64,000 nt of DNA from Piromyces finnis finn (Eukaryota; Fungi; Neocallimastigomycota): contig MCFH01000044.1 of NCBI GenBank assembly GCA_002104945.1, positions 186,001 to 250,000 on the forward strand. Reading direction: 5' to 3'. Below are positions 30,438 to 44,636 of this stretch, piece by piece. The stretch's first letter is position 1. Every line of letters starts with the position of its first letter. The notes below the pieces were generated by a model, which worked only from the letters and a program-made list of their open reading frames with translations, did no database searches and was not told where the DNA came from. A program made the position numbers and the translations under genes.

Positions 30438-31556
30438 TTTTTTCTTTTAAATAATATAAATAATATATATAATTAAATAATTAATTTCATTTATAATAAA
30501 ATATATTTGCCTTTTCTAATTTTATTTTTTATATTTTTCTATTTTCCTATTTATATTTATTTTTTTTTATTTATTTTTATTTTTATTTTCATTAATATTT
30601 ATATTTTATATTTCCTAATATTATAGTAATTTCTTTTATACATACAATTCAAAATATTTTATAATTGACTATAAAATTAAAAATTAAAAAGAAAAAAAAT
30701 TTATATTTAAAATTTTTAAAAAAAAAAAAATTAAAATTTCATATATATTAGAATACATTACATTGATAATACTAATCTATTATTGGTTGAATATTTTAAT
30801 GTAATAGAATTTTATTATTTTTAAAATTATCAAAATAATATATTTTTTAAAAAATATAACTATTATTTAATAATAAAGTGATCATAACAATTGATTGGTT
30901 TTTTTTAGTATTTACTATAAAAATTGTTTAATTATAAAGAATTTTATGGCTGATAAATAAAAAAAATAAATATATTATATTAATTATGGCGTAGTTACCA
31001 AATGATCTATAAAGTTATTTTTATATTAAATAAAAAAATGTTTTTTTTTTATTTTTATTTTTTTTTAATTTTTTTTTATTTTATTTTTGTATAACTTAGG
31101 TAAATTTAACATAGGTATAATAGGTATTTATAAAGTGATTTCTTTTGTTGAAATTAAGTAAAAAACTTTTTATTTAAATTTTAAAATCCTCAAAATTCAA
31201 TTTTCTTATATAACTATATAAATTTATACATATATCAAGAAACATTTAAAATTATATTATTAGATAATATATTTTGAATCAATATAAAATATATATTATT
31301 AATAATAAATACTAATTAAATTTTCGAAAAATATAAATTCTTATTAAAGTATTTTTTATTTGTATATAACTTAATAAAGTAGTACATTAAATAAAATAAG
31401 AAAAATAAATAAATAAAAACTTTTTGAAAATTATATTATGTAAATTTATTTATATATATATATATTATTTTATAATTATTTCATATAATTTATTAAATTT
31501 TTTTTTTTCAATTCTCATTTTACAATTTTGATTATATTTGAATATTTAAGAATAAA

Positions 31557-33924
31557 ATGGCAACCGAAGAAAAAAAAGAATGGCCAAAGGGTGTTTCACC
31601 AATTAAAAAAGAATATGTTATCAAAGTTTTTGATAATGAAGATGAATATGAAAATAATGAAAATTCGGAACAAACTTCAAAGCAAGACAAAAAAAGAAAA
31701 TTTGATAAAAAAAATGAAAGGAATAAGAAAATTAGAGGAATGAATAAAAATAGAATTGTTACATATGTAAAAGATGAGACAGATCTTTGTAACAGATTTA
31801 GTAATTATCTCTTTTTAATGTTTAAATATTATAATTATAATTAAACATACTTCAACTTATTTTTTATAATAATTATATAATTTTTTTTATTAAATTTTAA
31901 AAATAATTAAATTAGTTCATGGTACCTGTACTAATGGAGATAAATGCAAATGGGGTCATAACATTAAAGAATACTTGGATCATAAAGAGCCGGATCTTAG
32001 TAATGAATGTCCAAATTATGTAGTGTATAATCGTTGTCCATACGGTGTTAAGTGTAGATTTTTTTCAGGACATAAAGAATTCGAAAAAGTTAATGAATGT
32101 TATAAAAATGGTAAGGATATAGATCCAAATGATATAATTGTAGGTCTTCCACAGACTTGTAACGGAGAAAATGAAGATAGTCAAACACTTAATATTGTTG
32201 GTGGTAATATACAACGTATACTTAGAAAAAAAGAATTTAAATTTGAAAAAGCAGATGAATTTATCAAACGATATGATGAATATAAAAAACAAAGAGATGC
32301 TATTGTTGATAGTTTTTCAAAGAAAATGCAAGAAAGAAAAAGTAATGGTGTTGTTTCATCTTCAGAATCTATTGAAACTAAAACTCCAGACGCTAGTAGT
32401 GCAAATGTTAATGATTCTATACTTGATTTAGCTCCATTAGATGATAAAAGTAAGAGTCAAAATGAATTAAACTATATTCATGAAACCAAACTTAGAAAAT
32501 TTGATCATGACACATATGAAACTAGGTTAAAACCAGAAGAAAAGAAACGCATCGATTTCCGTGATAAACTTTATTGTGCTCCATTAACAACAGTAGGTAA
32601 TCTTCCTTTCCGTAGAATTATAAAAAAATTTGGCTGTGATATTACATGCGGTGAAATGGCTGTTGCCAAAAATATTTTAGATGGAAATAAAAATGAATGG
32701 GCTTTGTTACGTCGTCATAAATCAGAAGATATATTTGGTATTCAACTTACAGGTGGTGACCCAGAATTAATTACACGTGCAGCTGAAATAATTAACCATC
32801 AAACTCAAGTTGATTTTATTGATTTAAATATTGGATGCCCAATTGATGCTATGTTTAATGCAGGTGCAGGTAGTGCATTAATGGGAAAAACCAATAAGTT
32901 AAGAGAAGCAATTCAAGGTATTAATTATGTAACAGATTGTCCACTTACAATTAAATTAAGAACAGGAATATATAAAAATAAAAATATTGCTCATAAATTG
33001 TTGCCAAAATTTGATGATTGGGGAGTTCAATTGTCAACTCTTCATGGCCGTTCTCGTGAACAAAGATATACCAAACTTGCAGATTATGATTATATCAAAA
33101 CATGTGTTGATGAACTTGGTGACCGTCAAATGGTAAGATTAAAATAAAAAATTCAAAAATTTTACCTTTATTAATAAATTATAAATTGTTGTTTATACTA
33201 TTACGAATTATAATATATAATAATATATATATATATTAATTATTATTTATTTTTATTTTATTAAATTTTCGAATAATACATAATAATCATTTTTAAAACA
33301 GGCTCTATATGGTAATGGTGATATTTTCTCATGGGAAGAATACTATCAAAAAAAAGAATATTCGGGAGTTTCTGGAATTATGATTGGACGTGGAGCTTTA
33401 ATTAAACCTTGGATTTTCAAAGAAATTAAAGAAAGACAAAATTATGATATTCAAGCTTCTGAACGTTTAGAAATTATGAATGAATTTTGTAAATTTGGTT
33501 TAGAACATTGGGGTACAGATACTGTAGGTGTCAATACAACCAGAAGATATTTATGTGACTGGCAAAGTTTTCTTCATCGTTATATACCAATTGGATTAAT
33601 GGAAGTTTTACCACAAAAAATTAACGATCGTCCACCAGTATACTTTGGTCGTAATGAACTTGAAACTTTAATGGGTAATATTATCAAAATAATTATTATA
33701 TATTTTTTATTATTAAAAAAAAAAAGTAATCTATTTAAAAGAAAAAATAAATAAATTACTTTATATTAAATATATATAAATCTTTTAATATAATCATAAA
33801 AATTTTATTAGCATCACCAAAAGCCAGTGATTGGATCAAATTAACAGAAAAAACTATTTTAGGTCCTGCTCCAGAATCATTTACATTTACACCAAAGCAT
33901 AAAGCAAATGCTTATGAAGGATAA
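31557..33924 (+). CDS. DUS3: tRNA-dihydrouridine(47) synthase
   Basis: Four exons. Two CCCH zinc fingers, then [64 protein letters not shown] and [12 protein letters not shown]. Confidence 0.95.
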
Positions 33925-36130
33925 ATTAAATTGCAACATTTATATACTTTGCATTTAAAATTATTAATATTCAACTTTTGAAATATAAATTAGATATATT
34001 TATGTTTTTTAATATATTATAAAATTAAAAATTATTCTTTACTAGATACTAAATTAATAAAATTATATAATTTATTCATAATGACACTCATTAAATCTAT
34101 CGATATGTTATCTGATTTTATATCCTCATTAAAAAATGTTTTTAATAATAAAAAATATTTAATAATTTTTAAATAAAATTGATAATAATTAATATATAAT
34201 AATAAAAAGAAAATATTAAAAAGAAAAGTGTTTATTTATTATTATCAAAAAAAAAAAAAAAAAAAAAAAAGAAAAAAAAGAAAGAAAGAAAGAAAAAGTA
34301 AATTGTTAGAATGTAATGATAATTATATTAGACTTTATAAATTTACAAATTAAATAATAATAATAATAATGTTGTTGTTGTTGTTGTTGTTGTTGATATT
34401 ATATTTATAACATAATAATGGATAATCCAAATTCTTAAACTAAAATTGAATGAAATCTGAATTTTTATAATAAATTAAATTGTTAAATAATAATTAAGAG
34501 TTTTTATAATAAATAAAGTTATTAAAATTATTATTTACAAACTTGTCACACATTTTTGATGTATACATTACAAAATTACAATAAAACTTCAAAATAAATA
34601 TTTACTTTTATTATTAGTGATTATTATTAATAATAGAATAATAAAATAGTTGTAGAGTTTCAATTGTATGTTTTAATGTCTTAATATTCTTCAGATAATT
34701 TTGCAAATTATTTATAATAAAACTTTTCATTATATTTTGTTATTAATCATAATAATTTTCCAATTGAATTTTAATTATTATTAAACTCCTCAAACCTTGA
34801 CTTTTTAAAAAAATTCGAATAATCAATTAAGATATATATTAAGTAAATTGATATTTTGCTTTATTATTATAAATAAATTTTTAATTAAAATAAGTTTCTA
34901 ATTCATGTATAAAGATTAACATATCATTAGAATATTGAAATATTTTTTTTAACTAATTTATTATTCAAGCCAGAGTTAATTATACATATATAATTTTTCT
35001 GTATTTAAAATTGATATATAATTAGTGATAAAAGTGTTTTTATTCATTTTATATTTATATTCATTTTTATTATATTATTAAAAATGGTATAATTGAAATT
35101 GTCCTCCCTCATAATCCCGATTATTAATAAAACTTATTAAATTTAAATTTATCTTAGAATACTATTTGATGAATTTTTCATACTTCTGGAACCTAAAACT
35201 TATAATAAATCATTGTTAAAGATATTATTAATTTAAACCAAATTTAAAGGTAAAAAGTTTTTATATAATAGAAGAATTATACTACTAATTATCAGAACAA
35301 TAAGCTATAAGCTGTAATGATTGCAAAAAAAAAAATAAATAAAATATAAAAATTTATATATTATTCTTATCATTGTTATTATATATCGTTATATAACTTA
35401 ATATAAAATCATTATATATACAATATTATACATTAATATAAAATATATATTACGAAATTTTATATATATATTAATATATATTATAATTAATTTTATAATT
35501 TTATAATATCTTAATATTTTATTTTTATAAATAAATTTAATTTATAAAAACTAATTAAATAATAATTAAATAGTATCATGTTTTTAATATTTCAAATTTA
35601 TATATCATAAATATAATATATTGATTATTATTTTATACTAAATATTTTTTTTTTTTTATATTTACATAGTTCATAATATAAATCTAAAGAAACATTATAA
35701 AACGTTTTTCTTTTTTTTTTTTTTTATTTATATTAATAAATATATATATAAAAGGAAATAATTTAAACGTTCTTAACAAAAAATAAAGAAAGAAAAATTA
35801 TAATATACAAAGAATATAAAAATATATTATATAGCTAATTTCTTTCTTTAAAATTATCTTATTTTTTAAATGAATTGTTTAATTCTTATAATATTTATAA
35901 ATTAAAGAATTATTAATACAATTAGTTTTTTAAAAAAATAAGATAAAAAGAACGTTTCATTATAAATAGTAATTCATTTTATAAGTATATATATAGCAAA
36001 AATAAAAAAAAAAAAAAAAAAAAAAAGAAAAGAACAAAAAAAAAAAAAAAAAAATACAAAAGTTTTGAGAAAAAAATAAGAGGAAAAAGAAGCTAAGAAT
36101 TAATCAATACTATAAAAGTAAATTATATTT

Positions 36131-36535
36131 AAAACTATATTATGGATGGATTTTTTAATCACATTATTATTATATTTAATATCAATACAGCATTATTATT
36201 TTTCGTGAAAAAATATTTATTCATTCATAGCTATAATTTAAAACTATAATCTTCAACAATAATAATATAATAAAATTCGAAAAATTTCAATTTATAAAAT
36301 AAAATAAAGAAAAAAAATGTATCTGCAATAATAAAACTGTGTTATGGATGGAATTTTTAGTCACATATTATTATTATGTTTAATATCAATAAAACATTAT
36401 TATTCGTGAAAAAAGTATTTATTAATTTATAGTTATAATACAAAACTATATTCTTCAACAATAATATTTAATAATACAATTCGAAATATTTCAATTTATA
36501 AAATAAAGAAAAGAAATGTATCTTCTTTAATAAAA
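36131..36535. repeat. Diverged direct tandem duplication, two copies of about 202 bp
   Basis: Copy 1 about 36131-36332, copy 2 about 36333-36535. Shared ordered blocks TTATGGATGG (36140 and 36342), TCAC, TTCGTGAAAAAA, TCTTCAACAATAAT, TTCGAAA, TTTCAATTTATAAAAT and AATGTATCT. Confidence 0.85.
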
Positions 36536-37070
36536 GGTTACTTTTACATAAAAAATGAGAATATTTAAATTTGTTTTATAACTAAATATATAAAATGTAT
36601 ATATACACATTTCTTTTAAATATGATTTCAATAAAATAATAATCAGTGTTGAAATTTCTTGAAATCTCAATTTAAAATAATTTCTCAAAATCTATTTTTA
36701 TAATATATAATACTAATATATAAATATAATAATAATAAAGCAATAATGATAAAAATATTATTAATAATAAAAGAAATTAAAGATCAATCATTTATTAAGA
36801 TATATAAGAAATTTCTTCAATATGTATAAATATATTTTTGAATTAAGATTATGAAGTTTATATTTTAATAGTAACTGATTTATATATATATATATAAAGT
36901 ATAAATAAATAAATAAATTATATCATATATTGGAGACTATTAAATTTATAAATATATTGAAATCCATCTTTAAAAGATATAAGTTTAAACATATAACATA
37001 ATAAATTATTAATTTAATATTTTTTTTTTAAAAAAAATAAATCATTTTATAGTTTTTTTAAAAAAAAAAT

Positions 37071-38644
37071 ATGGGAAGCGATTTAGATAGGTATATTATT
37101 TATATATATTGTATATTTTATAATTTATTTTAATAATTTCATTTTATTTTTTTAATTCGTTAATATAATACAAAAATTAAAAGGCAAATTGAGCAACTTA
37201 GACGTTGTGAAGTAATTAAAGAAAGCGAAGTTAAAGATTTATGTAATAAGGCTCGTGAAATTTTAGTAGAGGAAAGCAATGTTCAACGTGTAGATGCACC
37301 TGTCACTGTGAGTGATTTTAACATAATTATATATATATAGCATACAATTAAACTAATTTAAGTAATAATTAATAATAAACAATAAAATTATAATTGCTAT
37401 TTATTCATTTATTATACAAAAAGATTTGCGGTGATATTCATGGACAATTTTATGATTTAAAAGAATTATTTAAAGTTGGAGGAGAATGTCCAGAAACAAA
37501 TTACTTATTTATGGGTAAATAATTCTTTAAAAGGAAACTTTATTTAATATTAATAGTTATATATAATCAATAATTATTGATTAATTAAATATAATGAATA
37601 ATAATATTATAAATTTATCATGATATATATTATAAATAATAATATTAGGTGATTTTGTTGATCGTGGATTTTACAGTGTCGAAACTTTCCTATTGTTATT
37701 AGCTCTTAAAGTTAGATATCCAGATCGTATTACATTAATTCGTGGAAATCATGAAAGTCGTCAAATTACTCAAGTTTATGGTTTTTACGATGAGTGTTTA
37801 CGTAAATATGCTTCAGTAAATGTCTGGCGTTACTGTTGTGAAATTTTCGATTACCTAAGTCTTTCAGCAATTATTGATGATAGAATTCTTTGTGTACACG
37901 GCGGTCTTTCCCCTTCTATAAATACCCTTGATCAAGTAAATATAAATAATTAAAAATATAATAGCACATTTTTAAAAATAAGAATAATATTTTTATACAA
38001 TAGTTATTCTGTAAAATAATAAAAATAATAACTTAATAAATTATGTATTTTTAGATTAGAACTATAGACAGAAAACAAGAAGTACCACATGATGGTGCAA
38101 TGTGTGATTTACTTTGGTCTGATCCAGATGAAATCGAAGGTTGGGGTTTAAGTCCAAGAGGTGCAGGATATCTTTTTGGTGGAGATGTAGTTGAATCGGT
38201 AATGCAAAAATTAATATTAAATAATATATTAAATAGTATTAAATTGGTTATAAATATTAATTATATATAATTTATTATTTTATGTAAAATAATTTAGTTT
38301 ATTCATGCAAATAATTTAGAGTTAATTGCAAGAGCTCATCAACTAGTAATGGAGGGATATAAATCAATGTTTAAAGATACGATAGTTACAGTATGGTCAG
38401 CGCCAAATTATTGTTACCGATGTAACAATGTTGCAGCAATATTAGAGCTGGACGAACATTTAAATAGAAATTATAGAATATTTGAAGCTGCACCTCAAGT
38501 AAAAATTTTTTACTATATTAATTTAAACCTTTATTGAAAAAAAAATAATTTTGTTAATATTTTTTATATCCATAATTATTTTAATTTTTGTAGGAGGCTA
38601 GAGGTATTCCTGCTAAAAAACCAGCACCAGACTATTTCTTATAG
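37071..38644 (+). CDS. PPP4C: Serine/threonine protein phosphatase 4 catalytic subunit
   Basis: Seven exons: [92 protein letters not shown]- and C-termini are PP4-specific (yeast PPH3). Confidence 0.96.
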
Positions 38645-38822
38645 GCTTAATTACTCATTATCTATAAATAAATTTTCTTTAATTTCAATTTTTAAATTTT
38701 ATTTTATTTTATTTTTTTTTTTTTTACACATTTAAATAATAATAACTTTTACTTTTAACTTCAACCTCAAATCCTTCAATTTTATACATTTTGTTTTAAT
38801 TACAATCAATCAAAAAAAAAAA

Positions 38823-38856
<34 letters not shown>

Positions 38857-39012
38857 TAGTTAAATAAATTCACGATAGTTTTAAAATAAAGCAAAACAAA
38901 AACAAAATAAAATAAATAATACCTTGAAAAAATTAAAATATATAAATAATTAGTTTAACATAAAAATTAGTTTTATTTAACTCTAAAATCTAATTATAAA
39001 AATTCAAAATTT

Positions 39013-39055
<43 letters not shown>

Positions 39056-39292
39056 TATTTTTATTTTTATTTTTATTTATTTATCATTTATTTTATCTAT
39101 GTGTTATTTATATAAAGATCGATATACTAATTCAAAATTATTAAATATTTTTAATATTCCTAAAAATAATATAAATATCTATTAAATAAAATAATAAAAA
39201 ATATTCAATATTATTTATTTTAACTAAATCGTATATATTTTCTACTCTAATTTATTTAAATATTTAAAATACAATTATATTAAAACAATTAT

Positions 39293-41573
39293 TTATTCAT
39301 CTTCTTCTATTGCATCTATTTCTTTTGCTATCATTTCACATTCTTCTAAATCAAAACCAATATCTTGTTTTGGAACTTTAAAAGTATGCAATTCTGAGGC
39401 TAATGATTTTAATACTTTTTTACTATATATTATAAAATTGAAAATATTTTATTGTTTATTAATTTCATTTATTATTACAAAAAAAATATAAATTAACAAT
39501 GTAAGTTTAAATTGATTTTACCTGCATCTTTGAACCCATATACAATAATCGTCAATCCAACAACGATTATATATATAATAACTTTCTTGACTTTCAAATA
39601 ATTTCTTCATATGAAGTAACGCTTTAAGAATTGCGACTTTTCCTAATTTAAAAAGAACATAAATATCCATAATGCATTTCATTGATAAATCAAAATTTCG
39701 ATAAAGTGGATAACATAATGAACGTCTAATACATGCTATTAAAGTTTCTTTAAGAGTTGTGAATGTATCAAAACATGAAAGAGAAGAGCTTAAATTAACG
39801 ATTGTCCATGGTGATTCAACAGTAGATTCACCCTCTGTTGTACGATTATCATAACTATATGCAAATAAAAGATCAACTAAACCTAAATATAAAGCTTTTT
39901 CATTAATAATATTAACTATATATGAATTTTAAATAATGATAGAATTATAAAAATTTTTAATATCCATAATGTATTTATTATAAAAAAAAAACCATAAATT
40001 AATATTATTAATTTTTTAAAATATTAAAATTACAAAATAAAAAAAAAAAAAAAAATATTAGATGAAAGAAATTAATTTTGAAATTAAAATTATATTTATT
40101 AAGTTTAAATTACATTCAATATTTGGAAGGTTTGTCATCATTCGATTTTCTTCTTCTGTAAATTTGAAAAATGAATCTATTTTTTCTTCATCAATTTGCA
40201 TTTGATTTTCAGTAGATGATTCACTTAATGGCTTTAATTCATTCATAACCCTATTAATTGGAACATTATCATCCAAAGATTTAATAATAGGTTGTTTTTC
40301 AATCCATTCAATATTTTCATCTAATTTTTTAACATTATCTGAAATATCTTGTACATTATTAAATACTGAAGGTTTCGAAACTTCCAATTTTTTAGTATCT
40401 ATATTAACAATATCAATTTTACTACTACTGTCATTATTATTATCATTATTATTGTTGCTGTTGCTGTTGTTATTATTGTTGTTATCGAAGTCCAATTCAA
40501 TAATTAATGGTTTCTGAGTCTTATTATTTGTAAAATCTTGATTCTTAAATATATCATTTTCAGATGTATTAGTTATATTAAAAGTAGAAGATGAATTGAA
40601 CATTTCATCATCATTTTTATTTTCATTTTTATTTTTATTTTCATCTTCATTTTCATTTGAAAAAGAAACTTCATCTTTGGTATCAGTTTTTGATTTATTT
40701 GAATTAAATAATTGATCATCTTCTGACAAATCAATAATTAATGGTCCTTTCTTTTTATTTAATTGTTGATAATCAACTTCATAATTATTCAATGTATTTT
40801 CTAATTCAATTAATACATTGGAGGTGGTAATAGGTTTTTTATTTGAAGATAGATCTGAAGTATCTTTATTATCTTTTATTTCTAGATTTTCATTTTCATA
40901 TGAATTAGATTCTATTTTATCAATATTTGTATTTGGCAAATCAACATCCATATCAATATTCATTTTTGATACTTTATTTTCTAATTGAGTTAATTCGTCC
41001 TTTTTTTCTTTCTGTATCTTTTTTAAAATAGTCCATGTTTTTGGTTTATATTTTAAAAAGTATTTAATTTCTTCATTGTTTATAAAATTATCCCTAATCA
41101 AGTATTTTTAATTTTAAATTTTTAATACTAATCCTTTTATATATTATCATATATATAAATATATTTAATTATTTACATACATATAATAATCATCATCAAA
41201 TTTTTCATCTTCTTGTATCAAACGTAATGCTCTTCTACTCTCTGGACTAGATGTATCCAATACTTCTGCAAATTCTCTATTTACCACATCTGAACCTATT
41301 TCTTGTAATTGACGTCCAAGTCCAGTATATTTATTATCGAAACCATAATGAGAATTTAATAACAAATCATTATTCTATTTTTAATTAGTATATGTATTTC
41401 AAATGTATAATATTGAAGTTAGAAAAAAAATATTTTAATTTATTATACATTTAATAATTATACAGTAAACTTAATTTATATATAAATGTTAAAAATTTTC
41501 ACTAACTTCAGTTTTTGGTAATTCTTGAGGTAAATCCCAATCAATTTCATCTTATTTAAAACATTTATAGATT

Positions 41574-41616
<43 letters not shown>

Positions 41617-42406
41617 AAAATATAAATATCTTATCTCTTAAATTTAAAATATAAAAATTTAAATTTAAATTTAATCTCAATAATTTTATTGTACCATTTT
41701 CACTTAATCTTGGTTGATTTTCTAATGTTCCTTCACTATTTAATACTTCAACTAATGGATTCATTTGTTTTTCATTTTTCTTGGATTTCGCCATTAAATT
41801 TGTTAATAAATTTAAATCTTGGAAAAATTCTCCTGGAGTTTCTTTTGGAATACGAACAGTAACTTCTGAAGTTTTTATATTATAGGTTGCCTTTTCTCTT
41901 CCATCTTCTACTATTTTTCCTGGTAAATTTAATCTTTCATAAATTAACATTTTTAGTAATTATAAATATTAGTAAAATAATAAAACAAAAATTTATAGAA
42001 AAAAGAAGAAAAAGAAAAGAACGAATGAAAAGAAATATAACGAGAAAACTATTTTACCTTAAATAATATGGTTTAATATAGAATTTAAATTCCGTTCCAT
42101 CCACAAAAAACTCTACATTCTGTGCCTTTATTATATATATAATTTTTGAGATTTCGCATGAAAAAAAAAAATAAAAATTTTAAAAATACATTTAATGCAT
42201 TTGTAATTTTATTTTACTTTATATTTATTATATATCTTTTACTATATTGTTCTAATTTTACTTAAATAGTAATTTTTTATATATTAATTATTACAATTTC
42301 TAAAAAATGAACTATGAACATTTATTAATACCTTTATATATGGGCATTTTATAATAATATTAATAAAATTTTCATCTTGACTTATTTGAAATGAAGGTGT
42401 TATCAT
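39293..42406 (-). CDS. SHQ1: H/ACA snoRNP assembly factor Shq1
   Basis: N-terminal CS domain MITPSFQISQDENF..FKFYIKPYYLRLNLPGKIVE..PKETPGEFFQDLNLLT. SHQ1 domain HYGFDNKY..LYLGLVDLLFAYSYDNRTTEGESTVESPWTI..RRSLCYPLYRNF..WIDDYCIWVQ. About 8 exons. Confidence 0.92.
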
Positions 42407-43224
42407 CTTTAATAACAAAAGATATTTTAAATGTTTATATATTACAAAAAAATACTAAATTTTAATTTAACTAAAAAATAGTAATAATGCTTGTCTATTT
42501 TATTTTTTGTTTTTTAAAAATTTTATTATACAAAATTATTTATGAAATAAATGTGCCACTATATAATATTTCAATATATTACAAAAAATAATTAATATAT
42601 AAAATTTCAAATTTTCAAGCCATATATTTTTTACATATAATAATTGTTTTTATTGGTTGAAATTAAATTTTTTTAAAGAAATGATGAATTTTATCCAATG
42701 AATTAATAGAAAACTTTAAATAATTATATTTTTTTTTTTTATTACAATAATTATATAATAATCAGTTAAAAAAAAATTTCATTATAAATATTTTTTAAAA
42801 AAATATTTTTTCTTCTAAATAATAATTAATAATTTAATATTGCTTTTTTGATATAATATTATAAAGATTATTGATTTAAAATTTCACTATCAAAAAGGAC
42901 ATATAAATATTTAATAATATAATAAAAATTATACTTTTTAAGAAATAAAGGAGAAATGATAACTTCAAAATTACAACAATAGTAGTAATATTAACAAAAT
43001 TTTTAACAAAAAAAAATTAAAATAAAAATTAAAATTATTCTTATCAAATTTTGCAAATAAGGATTTTTTTCAATTTTTACCTTCATTTCATAATAATATT
43101 AATATACTTAAAAATTAATGAATAAAAGTATTAATAATAAATTTCAATGTTAGTTAAATACAATAAAACATATATAAAAATCAAAAATTATCTTTAATTA
43201 TACTGAGAAATTAGATGTTGAAAA

Positions 43225-44636
43225 ATGATTAATTTAATAATGGCAAGTAAAGATGAAGAAATAAATGATATTCAGAAAAAATTAGGAAAAAAAGAAGATA
43301 ATGATCAATCCTCACAAGAATATATAGCAGAGGAAGATTTTAATAAAGAAACATTAGAGATATTCAAAAATCTGGATTATCCAAAATGTCCTAAAAAATT
43401 AGAAAAAATAAATTTAGATAAACTATTAAATTATTCAGTTGAAACTGAAATAAATGATCCAAGGTAAGTTTTATTACATAATTAATATTTATATTTTTAA
43501 AAAATGTATTAATTATTATTTTTGATATTTTTTTATGCTTAAAAAGAAAAAAAAAAAAAAACATTATATTTTATGATTTTATACTTATAATTTTAATTTC
43601 TTTAATATTTAAATATAATAGAAACGAAGATTTAAGTTCTTTTTTCCATTTAATAACATCACACAGTTTTAATACATATTCAGTTTCTTCAGGTTTAAAT
43701 AAAATTAAATTCTTGAAAGATTTAAAAGAAGAAAATTCTAAATCAGAATTAAACTATCAAGTTAATACCCCATCTTCTAATAATGTTCAAAAATCAGAAA
43801 TTTTAATTACTGAAGATCTTGATTCCTTAATAAAAGGTGTTAAAAGTATACCATATATACCAAAATTAGAAAAAATGGCCCCTCTACCGAAAAGAGATAT
43901 TAATACATCTAGTAGTAAAAAGAAAAAGAGAAATAAAAGAAAAAGAAAAAATGAAAAAGATAGACATTACAATGAGAATAAAGATGATAGATCCCTAAAA
44001 TCAAGAAAGCTTGTTAAAAATTGGGATGATAAAACTATTGAAGATTATGAAAGTTTCGATATTGAAGACAGAGAAAATTCATTTGAATCTATTCTTAATC
44101 AATATAATTCAATGAAACAGCCACCTAAAGATATTATACATATAAATCAGATACTAAATCAACCAATTCATGCTGAAACTAATAAAGAAATATTAAATAC
44201 TGACGAAAAAAAAATATCATTACCATCACCTTCATCACCTGAAATAAATAATAAAGAGGATATAATGAATTTATCACAGGAAAATTCAACTAAGTTAATG
44301 AATGATTGTACACCATCTTTATTAGATAATAAAATAGAAGATAAAATAGTAGAAAAGTCAAAAGATGAAGAAAAAAATAAATTAGAAAAAAAAGAAGATA
44401 TAAACAAAGATACTTCTTTTAATTTTTTAAAAAATATAAATAAAGAAGTCTCGGATATGTGGAATAAGGATTCTCCATTATCTAGTAATAGTAGTAATTC
44501 ATCAGTTTCAAATATGAGTGATGAAGAAATAAATTATTCACAAAGCATAAATCATAAAAAGCATATATTAGAAAATCTAAGATATAGTTCTATCCTTACA
44601 CCACCTACACCACCTCAACCATTAGAAGAAAATTAA
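43225..44636 (+). CDS. Hypothetical low-complexity (K/E/N/S-rich) protein
   Basis: Two exons (43225-43463, 43622-44636) joined in frame by a phase-2 GT-AG intron. Start may be ATG 43240. No recognisable domain. Confidence 0.7.

Noticed and set aside
30780-42660. ATTGG (CCAAT-box) motifs in several promoters
   Set aside because: Roughly one per kb is expected by chance at this base composition, so they cannot be supported as regulatory sites.
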